Below are positions 14,832 through 30,551 of a stretch of DNA of 64,000 bases, one piece after another. The stretch covers positions 17,174,001-17,238,000 of the forward strand of contig OX597827.1 of the NCBI GenBank assembly GCA_951406725.2, read 5' to 3'. The notes beneath the pieces were generated by a model. It ran no database searches. It was not told the origin of the DNA and was given only the letters and a program-made list of their open reading frames with translations. Position 1 is the first letter of the stretch. Each line of letters begins with the position of its first letter. The position numbers were made by a program, and so were the translations under genes. The DNA is from Octopus vulgaris. Lineage: Eukaryota.

Positions 14832-15724
14832 ATATCAAACTAAAGTTATTGAACAAACAAATGCAAGGTCATCCGCTTAGCATTTCATAATTCGAACATT
14901 TAATCATAGAATATACATATAAACATCCTGCTAGATGGACCATAATTCATCTGTACAAGCATACAAGCATATAATAATAATAATAATAATAAGGTGCGAG
15001 AAAAAAAAAATTTTCATCACAGTTTAGAGTTAATACTTTAGCGATTCAGAAAAATACATTTAAAAGAAAACAAAAAAAAAAACCTTACAATACCTAGAAA
15101 GTAAAAATATAATATAAAGTAATATATAAAAATATATAGGTATTTAAAAATATATAATATATATATATATATATATAGGAGCATATAAAAAATATATAAT
15201 ATATATCATGTAAATAAAATAAAAGTTCATCGTTTAGAAATCTTATGAAATTATTATTCAAGTAAGAGAAGCCTTATAGTTAAAAGGAAACCATATTTAC
15301 ATATCCCTATGGCCATTTCAGGGGTGTATTATGTTTAAAGCACTAGGGTGCATCCAGATAATACCTCCTTCGTCAGGGGAAAAAAATATATACACATAAA
15401 GATAGACATCATCGCGTACCAGGCCAGCACAATGCTTTCTTTTGGGCTATCCGAGCATGAATGCCTCAATAGGAAAGCAAACAACATTGTGCTGGCCTGG
15501 TACGCGATGATGTCTATCTTTATGTATATATATTTTTTCCCCTGACGAAGGAGGTATTATCTGGATGCACCCTAGTGCTTTAAACATAATACATCCCTGA
15601 AATGGCCATAGGGATAAGTAAATATGGTTTCCTTTTAACTATAAGGCTTCTCATACTTGAATAATAATTTCATAAGATTTCTAAACGATGAACTTTTATT
15701 TTATTTACATGATATATATTACAT

Positions 15725-15792
<68 letters not shown>

Positions 15793-15945
15793 TTTTATAT
15801 ACCTATATTTTTTTTATATATTACTTTATATTATATTTTTACTTTCTAGGTATTGTAAGGTTTTTTCGTTTTTTTTTAATGTATTTTTCTGAATCGCTAA
15901 AGTATTAACTCTAAACTGTGATGAAAAATGTTTTTTCCTCGCACC

Positions 15946-15985
<40 letters not shown>

Positions 15986-16180
15986 CATATGCTTGTATGC
16001 TTGTACAGATGAATTATGTTCCATCTTGTGGGATGTTTATATTGATTGATTCTAGTTTCAGCTCACGAGCTGTGGCCATGCTGGGGCACCGCCATGTATA
16101 TTCTATGATTAAATTTTCGAATTATGAAATGCTGTGCGGATGACCTTGCATTTGTTTGTTCAATAACTTTAGTTTGATAT
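14832..16180. mobile_element. Large fold-back element with ~600-bp arms, one hammerhead per arm
   Basis: 14832-15434 is the reverse complement of 15485-16180, with a ~50-bp spacer. Confidence 0.85.
15539..15613 (+). ncRNA. Type I hammerhead ribozyme motif
   Basis: CCC-CTGACGA-AGGAGGTATTAT...ATAATACATCCCT-GAAA-TGGCCA-TA-GGG; mirror copy on - at 15305-15380. Confidence 0.8.
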
Positions 16181-16299
16181 ATATATATATATTACACAGT
16201 CCCAAATATATATGTATATACACACATATATATATATGAATATACATACGTACATATCTAGTTATCTATCTATCTAACTATCTATCTATATATGTATAT

Positions 16300-17365
16300 A
16301 TTGGTAAAAACGGTAAGATAACAAAAGAAAGAAAGAGACCTCAATATTATGTAAATAGAGGAAATTTATCTATAAAATAATATGTTACAATTACTCAGTA
16401 GTCAAGATAAAACTCTGTGTTTCAGATGCCAAAGTGGAAATCCACAACACCATCTCTTCGGTTATCTGGCCATCTGAAAAACGCTATGAAATAAAATACC
16501 GTTATATAAAGGGAAATTACTGTGTTATAATTCTGCTACTTATATAAAATAAGATTAAGAGTTCATAGTAAACACGTAAACATGGCTAGTCATACGCTCA
16601 CATGTTCGCTCGCGGACCCACGTGCATACTTATACGTCACTATGAAAACTTACACATCATCACTCGCATTTTTCGCCAAATATATACGCATATATATACA
16701 AACTCATACACACACATACGCGTACCGTAAAAGTTCATACATACGTCTATATACGCACAAGCACAAGAAAACCATGGTTAAAGGTAACAGAAAAAACATA
16801 AGTATACAAAGTATAAAAACCACGTTCATACACATACACGCCCATATATGTACATACCCGCACATGTTTATATACGCGTACACACACACGCATATACAAA
16901 AAATGAATATACGTATGCACCCCCACAAAAAACCTTAAAAAATGGAAAAATACTAAGTAAAAACGTCTATATATATATGCATTCTTATGCCCGTACACAC
17001 GCACACATCTAAAACTGCCCACTCATACATATTCACACACGTGTACAAATGAATCTATATATATATGTCTATATAGGCACAGCATAGAAAAGTACAGAAA
17101 AAATTAATATGTGTGAAAATATAAAAAAAAATATATGAAATAATAAAAGGTATAATGAGATAAAAAAACTTTTTGGGACATAATATAGAAAGCAAGTTCT
17201 ATCTGTTTTCTTTAGGGGAACAAAAACGTAACAAAAATGTTGTCACATGTGGGCATGATCCGAAAAGATGGCCAGATAACCGAAGAGATGGTGTCGTGGA
17301 TTACCACTTCGGTATCTGAAAGTTTTATCTTGACTATTGAGTAATTGTAACATATTATTTTATAG
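16300..17365. mobile_element. (TA)n-flanked element with inverted ends carrying a variant hammerhead
   Basis: 16370-16470 (-) mirrors 17270-17365 (+); AGATAA-CCGAAGA-GATG..CATC-T-GAAA..GTT-TTATCT; same family as 45200-45445. Confidence 0.7.
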
Positions 17366-17379
17366 ATATATATGTATAT

Positions 17380-17531
<152 letters not shown>

Positions 17532-17818
17532 CACACACATTTACATGCATCTGTGGGTGGGTGTGTGCGTGCGCGTGCAATTTTTTGTTCTATTTCTGTC
17601 TTGAGATGTGTCACTGATAAAGGATGAGGTATTTCTTGCCTGAAACTACCCTAGCGGCAATTAATGCAGGCGTGAACACACGTATGCAAACACTAATAGA
17701 TCTCAACGTACACACAAATACAGTTGCATGTATTTATACATATGTTCACTAGAAAAAAATGATACATATCAACACACACACGCACACACGCACACACACA
17801 CACATATACATACACACA

Positions 17819-17877
<59 letters not shown>

Positions 17878-18693
17878 TATGAACAAACTTACTTAGAAAT
17901 GGATGCGTGCGCTCTGTCGTGTAATAACAAATTAATAAATAATGCATATGCATATATACATACATATATGTACGTACCTACATCTACATGTATATATATA
18001 CATGCATATATGGGTACAGGACACCAAAAAAAAAAACGTCGAACACAATGAGAAACGAAAACATAAACACAAAACCAAGGAACTGGACATTTTTCTTAAA
18101 CAACGAAAAAATGGAGTACAGGACAAATAACACAAGGAAAATTCCCCTTCTTCAGTCGCCATGGTTTCATATACTCCGCATTTCGAATATATATATATAC
18201 ATTTATAAACATGTATATATATACACGTTTATACACGTTTATAAAGAAATCTACACATTTAAAAACACATATACATACATATAAGCAGTCATTCATACAA
18301 GCAGGAATACGTTCATACATGCACAATACATACATTCGTAATACATACATACATTTATAGACTGATACATACCTACCTAAAGGTGAAAGTGGAATGGAAG
18401 ATAGTCATCAATACAGCAATACACACATAACGAATATGTGTGAACCATCAATATACACACACAAACAAAAACACTCATAGAGACAAACACTGGCAAATAG
18501 CATTGCACACATACACACACATATTTACACACACACAAGCACATACACACCAGCACACACACACTCACACGCACATACTCACACAGTCACCGATATATAC
18601 ATATGTGTATGTACGTGTGTGTGTTTGTATGTGTATATGTATATATATATGTCTATATATCTCTCTTACCCTCGTTCTCTGTGTGTGTGTCTA

Positions 18694-18764
<71 letters not shown>

Positions 18765-18918
18765 ATATATATATATAGAAAAATACATAAGAGATGACCA
18801 TCATAGGACATCTGACTCCAAACCACTATTGACTATTCTTTCCTTCTCGCTAGGCCACTGGTAGCGGATAATTTTTCTAGAATTTTTCTAAAATATTTTT
18901 TGCTACCCTAAGATTTAT

Positions 18919-18986
<68 letters not shown>

Positions 18987-19000
18987 CACTCACACACACA

Positions 19001-19048
<48 letters not shown>

Positions 19049-19560
19049 ACATACATACACAGACATTCCTACACACAGAGAATATATTAGAGCTAACTAG
19101 AATTTAATTACATTTTAAAATATAGAATACACTTTACTCGCTTCACATGAGATATTCAAAATGTGGAGCATATGGAGAAGTGTCACAAATTATGTCTATC
19201 TATTTAAATAGGCTGTTTTAAAAGTAGCCATGTGACCCGGGACGACATTCATTAATGTACAAATTGATTGGTCAACGTTGACGCATTATGCTTAAGTGAC
19301 AGTCGCGTGAGGTCACATAAAAGCATTTATCCACTGAACATGTTATATGACAGACAGAAATGATATGAATAAATTGTATAACTGTTATAGATAATTATTG
19401 TTCATTATTCTGTCGAACATGGTAAAACATATCCCTTCTTTAAGAAGGTGTGGAGTACATTCGATAGACGATAGCTGCTGTATGAATTTTGCTTTTCTTA
19501 AGGACGAGCACAAGTAGACATTCTACAATAATTAATTTATAAGTAAAGGAGAATCGTGAT

Positions 19561-20430
19561 TTACTGATGCTTTTTATACTCTGTTGAGCAGGAGTTAGTA
19601 TTTTTAATAAACGAAATTTCTTCATTAATTCTTATTTTGTCTGGTGTTTTGCATGCATATTGATAATGTGGGACAACAAGAAATTTGGGAGATTTTGTTT
19701 TCGCGCTAGTGTCCAGATATTTACTAAGCAGAATCTGTCTAGTTTTTGGATCGCGATGAATATTTAATCTCATTCTTAAAGTGAGCTTAGTTTGACCAGT
19801 ATAGTTTTCTCTGCATCCATTGTATTTGGTAGCATATGTTAAATTTTGGAAGAACAAATAAACTGCTTTTCCACAGTATAAAATTGTCCTGATTTAAATT
19901 TATACGTTATGTCCTCAATAAGGTTCTCACAATTTCCGCAATCGGATTGGCCTCACTTGTTGACTGTTGGATTTGAGTCTGTAATTAGTAGTTTTACGTT
20001 GTTAAATAGTTATTTATGCACTTTGGTCGTGTTTTGCATTTTATTATTTTGTATGCTTCAGGGGCTCTTTTCATTCTTGGGTCTTGCCTCAACAACGGTA
20101 TATTATCATGGATAATGCTGGAAGTTCCTCTGCTTCTTGCGATGTTGTAATTAAAGATAGAGTATTGAATGAATCTGGATTATTTGGGGTTTTTCGTAAT
20201 TCTTCAATATCTATTGATGTGGCGCATACGCACACAGTCACAAACACACTCGTACACGTTGGTTACATCTTGCATTGCTTTAAGTGATTTTACGTCAATT
20301 TTCATACTGCAGATTTTCATCTCTGCTGAAGGAAATATATCCGGTTATGCATTAGTTGTGATGCAAAAGTTTCATCTGTCTTAATGCTCCAAAGTTACAC
20401 ATATGTTTCTTCGCGGAAAACCGTACAATC
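19561..20430 (-). pseudogene. Penelope-like element 3' ORF remnant with GIY-YIG endonuclease
   Basis: NLTYATKYNGCRENYTGQTKLTLRMRLNIHR...RINEEISFIK matches PLE GIY-YIG (N.IY...C..C...YIGQT...LR.R...H). Confidence 0.8.
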
Positions 20431-20639
20431 CCTTATATCTCTTTATAGATCAGTAAGTGTTGACCTCATCAATAGCCCATGGTTGTGACCTTATTTGAAA
20501 CGTCGTACTCGAGAGCTATATCACTTGGAATGTTCTTCAGTCGAAGGGATTTTGTGCGAATATAATCCTAATGAATCAGGAAGTGAGAGGGATACAGAAT
20601 ATGAAACTGCGAGGAAAGCGAGAGGATTATATATATACG

Positions 20640-20709
<70 letters not shown>

Positions 20710-20714
<5 letters not shown>

Positions 20715-20850
20715 ACATAGGCAACAAGGATATCCAGAGGTAATGCAGTATGATCGTTTCCTGCAACACCATTTAATTGTTCAATTACAAGGAGTTGCAT
20801 GTAACGATCGTACTGCATTACTTCTGGATATCCTTGTTGCTTATTTTGAT
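20710..20850. repeat. Short fold-back with ~55-bp arms next to (TA)n
   Basis: GCAACAAGGATATCCAGAGGTAATGCAGTA...TACTGCATTACTTCTGGATATCCTTGTTGC. Confidence 0.8.
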
Positions 20851-20932
20851 TTTAATCACCTTACTTTGAAATTGTATGGATAATACCGTACGAAATTCTG
20901 GTGCCTCAACTTAAGTATCATATTCATCTGAA

Positions 20933-21007
<75 letters not shown>

Positions 21008-21668
21008 CCCTGCCGTAAGATTTTACTTCCACATACGCCAGCTTAATTGGGTTCGTCCTTAGTCGAAAGACACCTGTTGTTATGTCCTGTTATTTGCTTT
21101 TCTATTTGTGTAACATTTCTCCGTTTTTTTCGTCCTTGTTTTCTTATGTATTCGCTGCCTTCTTCCAAGGAATCTAATGCTCTTAGCTTAGATTTTCTTC
21201 GAGGCTGGCCAGATTGGAGCAATCTCGAGTATAAACAGCAGAAATTACAAATATAATCTGGCACTCAACCGAGGATAGAAAACTCCGAATGACCCGTCCT
21301 TGTTTTCTTTGTATCGTCTATCTAGATGTTTTGTTGTCCCTTTTGTGTATCATCTAATTGTCTGGATGCTTTGCGCTTTTGTCCCATTTTGTATATATAT
21401 ATGTATACATAGTTATATCTATTTGATAACTTAAGTCGGCAATCCTTCGTAGGACGATGTTACAACATTTTCCCCCCAGGAAAACCACTTTCCCAACCGG
21501 GAATCGACACACGACATGTGTCTGTGTCTGACATAGTCACAGGTAGTAACAGATTGTAACATGGTCCTATGCAGGACTGCCACCTTGCGTTGGCAAACAT
21601 ATTTTAGCATGTTGCATAGTTAGTATTTAGTTCTCATTCTGAGATTTAAAGCTAGGTGTTTTATCCAT

Positions 21669-21776
<108 letters not shown>

Positions 21777-21976
21777 TATATATATCATATATATATATAT
21801 ATATATCCACACCCACACTACACATATATATATATATATATATATACATAGATACATATATATACATACACACACACACACACACATATATATAATATAT
21901 ATATATAAATATAATATATATTATAATATATATATATAATATATATATATATAATATAATATATATTATATTTTAT

Positions 21977-22056
<80 letters not shown>

Positions 22057-22079
22057 CATATATATATGTATATAATATA

Positions 22080-22415
22080 TATAAATTAGAGAAAACCCAC
22101 TATTATGCAATTCAAACAATGTTAGACATAAACCAAATCATAACGAAAACATAAAATATACTATAAAACATATAACTAGATCACAAAAAGTACAAAAACG
22201 AATAAACAAAATATAATAAGTAAAAAGACTACGTACGTTTCATGGCTGTAATTTAAATTCGAATTACAATTAAATTTGAATTTAATCGAAAAACAATTAA
22301 ATTTAAAAGTATAGTCACTCCTCAGGTCAACAAAATATAATATTTTTTCTTATAATGTGGTTTATGTCTATCTTTGTTTGAATTGCATAATATTGGTTTT
22401 TCTCTAATTTATATA
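22080..22415 (-). mobile_element. (TA)n-flanked mini-element with inverted ends and an internal hammerhead
   Basis: 22080-22143 mirrors 22350-22415; HHR at 22227-22328. Confidence 0.75.
22227..22328 (-). ncRNA. Type I hammerhead ribozyme motif with a long stem II
   Basis: GAC-CTGAGGA-GTGACTATA...TACAGCCAT-GAAA-CGTACG-TA-GTC. Confidence 0.75.
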
Positions 22416-22494
22416 TATTATATATTTATATTTTGAAATTTGATTTTATACTAAATTGAATTTTTTTCTATAAGTTTGGAGTTATACTCCCTAA

Positions 22495-22615
<121 letters not shown>

Positions 22616-22716
22616 CATGTATATATATATATAGAGAGAGAGATAATAATAAGGGTAAAATTAATTAGATATATATAGATGCATAAACAGATTGATATAT
22701 ATATATGTATAAATAA

Positions 22717-22753
<37 letters not shown>

Positions 22754-23155
22754 TATGTACACACAGATACACACACACACACACATAAATATATATATCA
22801 ATAAGGTAAATACACTAAACAATAAATTTGCCCGTATGATTTTTCTATGTACTTGTGTATGTAAATACGTATTTGTGTCCGGGTATATAAATTTACATAC
22901 ATGCATATATACATTCATTCATAATTGTATACATACGTATATATGAAGTGTGTGCGTATGTCTGTGAGTATAGATGTCTATAAGTGTGTATGCTTCTTTA
23001 GATAACCAAGGAATTACAGACGTACTGTCAATTCATTAAGTCATCCAAGTGATTCTTAGCGATCCTCAGTAGAATTCACTGACGTTCGCTTGTAATTCAT
23101 AGAGATTCTTTTGTGAAACGGCGATCTTTGATTTAGTCTGATAATCAGTTACCAA

Positions 23156-23193
<38 letters not shown>

Positions 23194-23489
23194 CACAAGT
23201 ACACACGCGAACATACTCAAATACATACACATACGTACGCACTCACAAAAAGAGAGACAGACTCCACATACACATGAGCGTACACGCACATCATATGCGA
23301 ATTTACTGCAGTAATTTTATCCCGTGTTGATTATATATAAGCCGCCACACACATACGCTACAAACATATTTACATATAAGTTCACGGGTGTGGTGTGTAT
23401 GTGTTGTATATGTATGTATATATATATATATATATTTGTATATATATATAAAGTTCGTATTTTTCTTCTGTCAGTTTTAATCGCATTCA

Positions 23490-24690
23490 CTTATTCTCTC
23501 GAATAATTTCCTAATGTGTTCAACGTTTTGCACCGAGACTCGTTATCAAAATGTCATCGAGGTATGCGATGGCCAAGTCGCAATTATTTAATGTCGTATC
23601 CATTATTTGTTGGAATATGGTGGGTGCCAGTTTTATTCCAAACGGGAGTCGCATGAACTTGTACAATCCAAGGTGTGTGTTAACTGTTAGCAGATGCATG
23701 CAATCTTCTTCTAACTGAATTTCGAGTTACGTCTCGCGAAAATTCTCCCTCCGTTTAGTTTAGCAACAGGTAATTATGCTTGGGTAAATGGTTGTTTAAT
23801 CCGGTTGAGGAGTCGTCTGCGCACACTCTTAGCGTATTATCATTTTTTTTTTACGTGAACCGCCAGGGCTGCCCACTCTGCATGGTCAATCTTTTCAATT
23901 ATATTCAGGCTATCCAATCTGTCTAGTTCTTTATTGACCTTGTCTACCGCCGCAAACGGCACGCTCCGTTTCGGCCTGAAAATAGGTGTCAAATTTTCTT
24001 TGATAGCAATCCTTGCTTTTTAATTTTGTCCAATAGCCTAAACTTTCCGGAAAAACTTTCAGGAAAGTTTCTTTCTTTTCTTTTTTTTTTGTCTCAGTTC
24101 ATCGACCTCATTCTATCGTTTCACTGCTCCGTTTACGTTATTGCACAAAACGCTTATGAGTGTATCCCATAAAAAAATTTTCTCCATACATTCGGTGCCA
24201 AATAAATTCACGGATCTTTTCCACACATAAACATTCACTTTTCTTGTTCGACTTTTGAAAATTATATTACAAACGAGCACTCTTGTGAATTGTAATTTTC
24301 TTCTCGTAACAGCACTCACTATTTTGGTTGGACTACGTAATTTTGGTTAACCCATTTGTTCCCATGTTTTCTCATTTATGATTGTGATGTCACTCTCCGT
24401 GTCTAATTGCATTCTGACGCTAGTGGTTTCAATTCTCACATTCACGAACTTTCTGATTCTTGTAGTCACAACTTTTCCTGCAGAAAAACTAGTTATTCTT
24501 TCGTTTTGTTGTTTCTTCCGTTCTCCTATCATTCTAGCTTTGCTGTGCGATTTTATATGCCCGCAACGAAAGCACTTTGTTTTTTTTATATGGACAATCT
24601 TTCTTCTGGTGCATCCTACCACATGTCATACATGGGTCTACATCCTGATATTTTTTGTTTTTCCTGCAACACTTTATTTGTCTTACGACA
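23490..24690 (-). pseudogene. Decayed Ty3/Gypsy gag-pol fragment
   Basis: Zn knuckle CGRMHQKKDC/KCFRCGH, protease MQLDTESDITII, RT AYLDDI near 23550; many frameshifts. Confidence 0.85.
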
Positions 24691-24700
24691 AATATATTTA

Positions 24701-25551
<851 letters not shown>

Positions 25552-26311
25552 GAGAGAGAGATATTTTGTTATTTACCTGTTACGGAAGATCTGCATTATA
25601 ATTTGGCTTCCATGTACAGAAGCAGCTTTGATGTATATTTGTGTACAGCGTCGTTTGGCTTGTACGTGGATCATCATGATTCATAGAGTTTAATATCTCA
25701 GTAAGTTCACAGAAAACCACGTAGAAACACCGCTATAGCCAGCGGCATTTCCTATGCGGTTGGTAAGCTAAGAAGTCATTATCAACATTCTTGCTGCAAG
25801 CTCAAAAACTTGATCGATGTTCACTTATGTGTGTCTTCAATAGTGAGACAACTTACTCCAGAAAGTTTTTACCGCACTTATCTTTATATTGACAAAAGCT
25901 GGATTCATCTGTGGTTACCACAATCTGGTTTGTCTACCTTCTTGAAGATGGTAATACTAGTCAGATCGTAACTAATCTCGTGTCCAGTTTAGCTAAAAAA
26001 ATACATGAAAATTTTTATGTTAGTACATTATTTCAAAATTTAAATATCATCCGTTGGTCTAGGGTGCCCTGATAACTTTTGGAAGCGGACAGCTTTCTCG
26101 ATTGCGAGTGGTGCGGCAAAGCGATACATAATTATCTTCGTACAACATGGCCGGCCCAGTGATACTTCGCTGACTGCAAAGTCAAGATTAGACAGGTCTT
26201 AGAGTGTTCTCTCTGTTCATTATATGCAGTTGACTGTCCTTCTATTAGTATTATTTTTATAACATTTCTAAGATCAGAAATGTGTTGAACGTCATTTTGT
26301 AGATCCATTAA

Positions 26312-26789
26312 TCATCATCATTGTTCGACCATGGTCGGGACAATGGAATTTACTATGCTACGCCAGACTTCACGGTCCATCATAGCATTACGGAGGTCCT
26401 GTTGCTGGATGCCTGTATCCTTGGAGATTTCACCAGGGTAGGAGAGTGTGCGCCCTCTGGTATTGCGAGTAGATGGCTTCCAGAGGAGAAGAGTAGAAAT
26501 TACCTCATTTTCAGCTCTACAACAATGTCCAGAAAACTGGACTCTAATACTTTTCACGAGAGATGACACAGGTGGTAGTTTCCCATATATTTGTATTTTG
26601 GTTGGATGACGCTACCACGAGAGATTTTGAGCTCTCATAAGGAGGCAAGTGTAAGTTCCATCCAACTGCCTCTCAAGCTTCTTTGATAACGTTCAGGTTT
26701 CTGAGCCATATAGTAGAATTGGTTCGACTGTGGCTTTGAAGATTTTAAGTTTGAAATCTCTACATAAATCTCTACTTAAATCTAAGTAG
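26312..26789 (-). mobile_element. 5'-truncated RTE-clade LINE with target-site duplication
   Basis: KIFKATVEPILLYGSET...GHCCRAENEVIS..LLWKP...MMDREVWR; (TGA)n tail; TSD AGATCCATTAA at 26301 and 26790. Confidence 0.88.
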
Positions 26790-27241
26790 AGATCCATTAA
26801 ATGCTCCAAGTCCGATGAAGAAACTTCATACGTGAAGCATGTCAGCCACATTCTGGATTATAGGTGTTTTGTCCTACCTCTAACAGTCTTTATTGCATAT
26901 TCGAGCCTACATCATAACAAATCTCCAAAAAAAGGGCCAATATTATTCTCTCTCACTCCCATCCAGCCTAAAAAAATCTAATTCAAAATGAGGTCTGTAT
27001 AAATAAACAACATCAACATTAAATGCAGTACCTAACACGTTCACAGCTAATGGAAACTACTACACGATTAGAGTAACAGAGTATTTATTTTGATAATTGT
27101 ATTTTGCGATTTATTTCTGTGGTATCCTTTATCAAGCTGTTATGGATTATCGATTGTGTTAATCGCTTGCACACGAAAATACAAGCGGATATATTTAGTG
27201 ACACACACACACGCTTGTATATACATATACATACTTATGTA

Positions 27242-27293
<52 letters not shown>

Positions 27294-27296
27294 AGA

Positions 27297-27369
<73 letters not shown>

Positions 27370-27820
27370 GTATTTTTTCGGAATATATCTAATTAACAAA
27401 TTTACGGGTTAGCTCAGGCTGAAGAATCTTAAAGAGCTCATTGTGAATTTTATTGATTATCACATTGATTGTCTCAAATGATATTTGCGATCGAACGTTC
27501 CACAAAAATTTGTAAATCGACCCTATAAAGAGAGTGAGAACAAGAGCTTGTAGCGACGCATGTGCAATGTACGGCACAGAACTCCCTGTCCTACGTTTAT
27601 TCGTGACACTTTAGAGCAAATGTGGCTGCGTGGGAGGCACAGGTGTGAGAGTGTGTGGTAAGAAGCTTGCTTCCCAACCACGTAGTTCCATATGCACCTA
27701 CAAGCTAATGATTAGCTGAAATAACAGCGAAATATCGATGTCTGTCGTTCTTGTTCGCCTCTGGGGCGATTCGCTACGCCTGTCTCTGAAACTCTACATC
27801 GTTAAAAAGTATTTCCTCTG

Positions 27821-28190
<370 letters not shown>

Positions 28191-28299
28191 GAATAAACGA
28201 ATAATATATATATGTGTGTGTGTGTATGTGTATATATATATGTATATATACATACATACATACATACATACATACATACCTAAAATTCATAAATTTCTT

Positions 28300-28590
28300 C
28301 TACTTGTTTCAGTCATTAGACTGCGGTCATACAGGGTTAGCACCTTGAAGAACTTTTAGTTGAACGAAATGACCATGGTACCTATTCTAACGATATCCGT
28401 TGCCGACGTGCTCTGTTACGGGGACGTAAGCACACCTACAATGGTTAACAAGTGGCATGGGAAAAGATGCACACACACAATTGCACATATATACGACAGG
28501 TTTCTTTCAGTTTCGATCTACCAACTCCATTCACAAGGCTTTGGTCGGCCTGGGGCTATTGTAGAAATCACTTGCTCAAGGTGCCAGGCA
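28300..28590 (-). mobile_element. SINE family A, diverged
   Basis: Degenerate homology to the 5185 copy. Confidence 0.7.
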
Positions 28591-28639
28591 TTGGGAATAT
28601 ACACGGCAACAAGCTCCTTACATACATACATATATACAT

Positions 28640-28736
28640 ACCAGGAGTTGATGCTAAATGTGTCGAAACAATTCTTGTGATTAATAATATATTTTCGCAT
28701 ATTCCATCTTCTGTCTTTCATTTGTTATATATATAT

Positions 28737-28770
<34 letters not shown>

Positions 28771-28828
28771 ACAAACATACATAAGTACATACATACATAC
28801 ATACATACATACATACATACATACATAC

Positions 28829-28859
<31 letters not shown>

Positions 28860-28987
28860 CATACATACATACATACATACATACATACATACCAGGAGTT
28901 GATGCTAAATGTGTCGAAACAATTCTTGTGATTAATAATATATTTTCGCATATTCCATCTTCTGTCTTTCATTTGTTATATATATAT

Positions 28988-29000
<13 letters not shown>
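28640..29000. repeat. Local tandem duplication of ~100 bp unique sequence separated by (CATA)n
   Basis: CCAGGAGTTGATGCTAAATG... at 28641 and 28892. Confidence 0.85.
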
Positions 29001-29041
<41 letters not shown>

Positions 29042-29083
29042 ATGTATATAGATATATATGTGTGTGTGTTTGCGTATATATAT

Positions 29084-29242
<159 letters not shown>

Positions 29243-29834
29243 CATACATACGTACATACATATATATATATACATACATACATACATATGGACTTTAATG
29301 CAGACGGAGATATCACCCTTGTGTGCCTAATCATGTCCGATTTGCAACAGAGATAATGTGTTAAAGAGTAGACAACTTACAGTATTTAACTAACATTTTG
29401 TCGACAACGAAGCAATTAAAAGCTACTTGACTCGGTACGATTTGAACTTGAAGAGAAATGAAGTGGAAGAAACATCGCAAGATATTTCTATCAGACGTTC
29501 TTAGACACTCCGCCAAATTGCAGCCACATATGTGCATCCTATGCATATAAGAAGTTGTAATAGTCATTTACATGCCATTGGAAAAGAGAGAAACCAGCTG
29601 AAATATGAACTGGATGAAAGTTGAGATATGCTAATGTGAAAATGAATTAATTATTTATATTTTTCATTATTCATTATCATACATATATAATTTATATGCA
29701 TAATGTTGTTAAGAGTTGTGTCTTCTTCTAAGCATCTCTCATATATTTCACTATGTATCGCTCTCTCCTTTTTTTCTGTCTGTTTCCTGTTCCGCCACCC
29801 TTGTCTCTCTCTCTTACTCGATATATACGATACA

Positions 29835-29870
<36 letters not shown>

Positions 29871-29928
29871 TATATAAATTAATTAACAAACATATATACG
29901 CGTATACACATATACACACTTACATACA

Positions 29929-29972
<44 letters not shown>

Positions 29973-30096
29973 TACATGTATACATATATCTATGTGTATA
30001 TGTGTATATAGATATAGTTATGAATGGATATATATACAGGGTCAGATATACACACACATATATATGTATATATGCATATATATTTACATATCTTCA

Positions 30097-30150
<54 letters not shown>

Positions 30151-30160
30151 TACATTAATA

Positions 30161-30201
<41 letters not shown>

Positions 30202-30224
30202 TATATGTATACATAGATACTTAC

Positions 30225-30261
<37 letters not shown>

Positions 30262-30305
30262 GTGTAATAAATAAAATATATGCATACATACAAACATATA
30301 TGTAC

Positions 30306-30341
<36 letters not shown>

Positions 30342-30496
30342 GCATTTCATATTTTCCGTTTGTTGTCTTTTCATTTAATTCTGGATATATGTGTGAGTGT
30401 GTGTGTTTGTTTGTCTGTATACATACGTATACACATATAAGTGTTTGTGCGTGTTTATGTGAGCATGAAGAGAGATGCGAGAGAGAGTGTGTGAGA

Positions 30497-30551
<55 letters not shown>

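Noticed and set aside
17612-17660. CTGATAA...CCT-GAAAC hammerhead-like motif
   Set aside because: Core substitution, no convincing stem I or cleavage triplet, and single copy
18130-18185. CTGAAGAAG motif on the minus strand, plus similar partial motifs near 3650, 20550, 21265 and 56345
   Set aside because: Could not complete a three-way junction by eye
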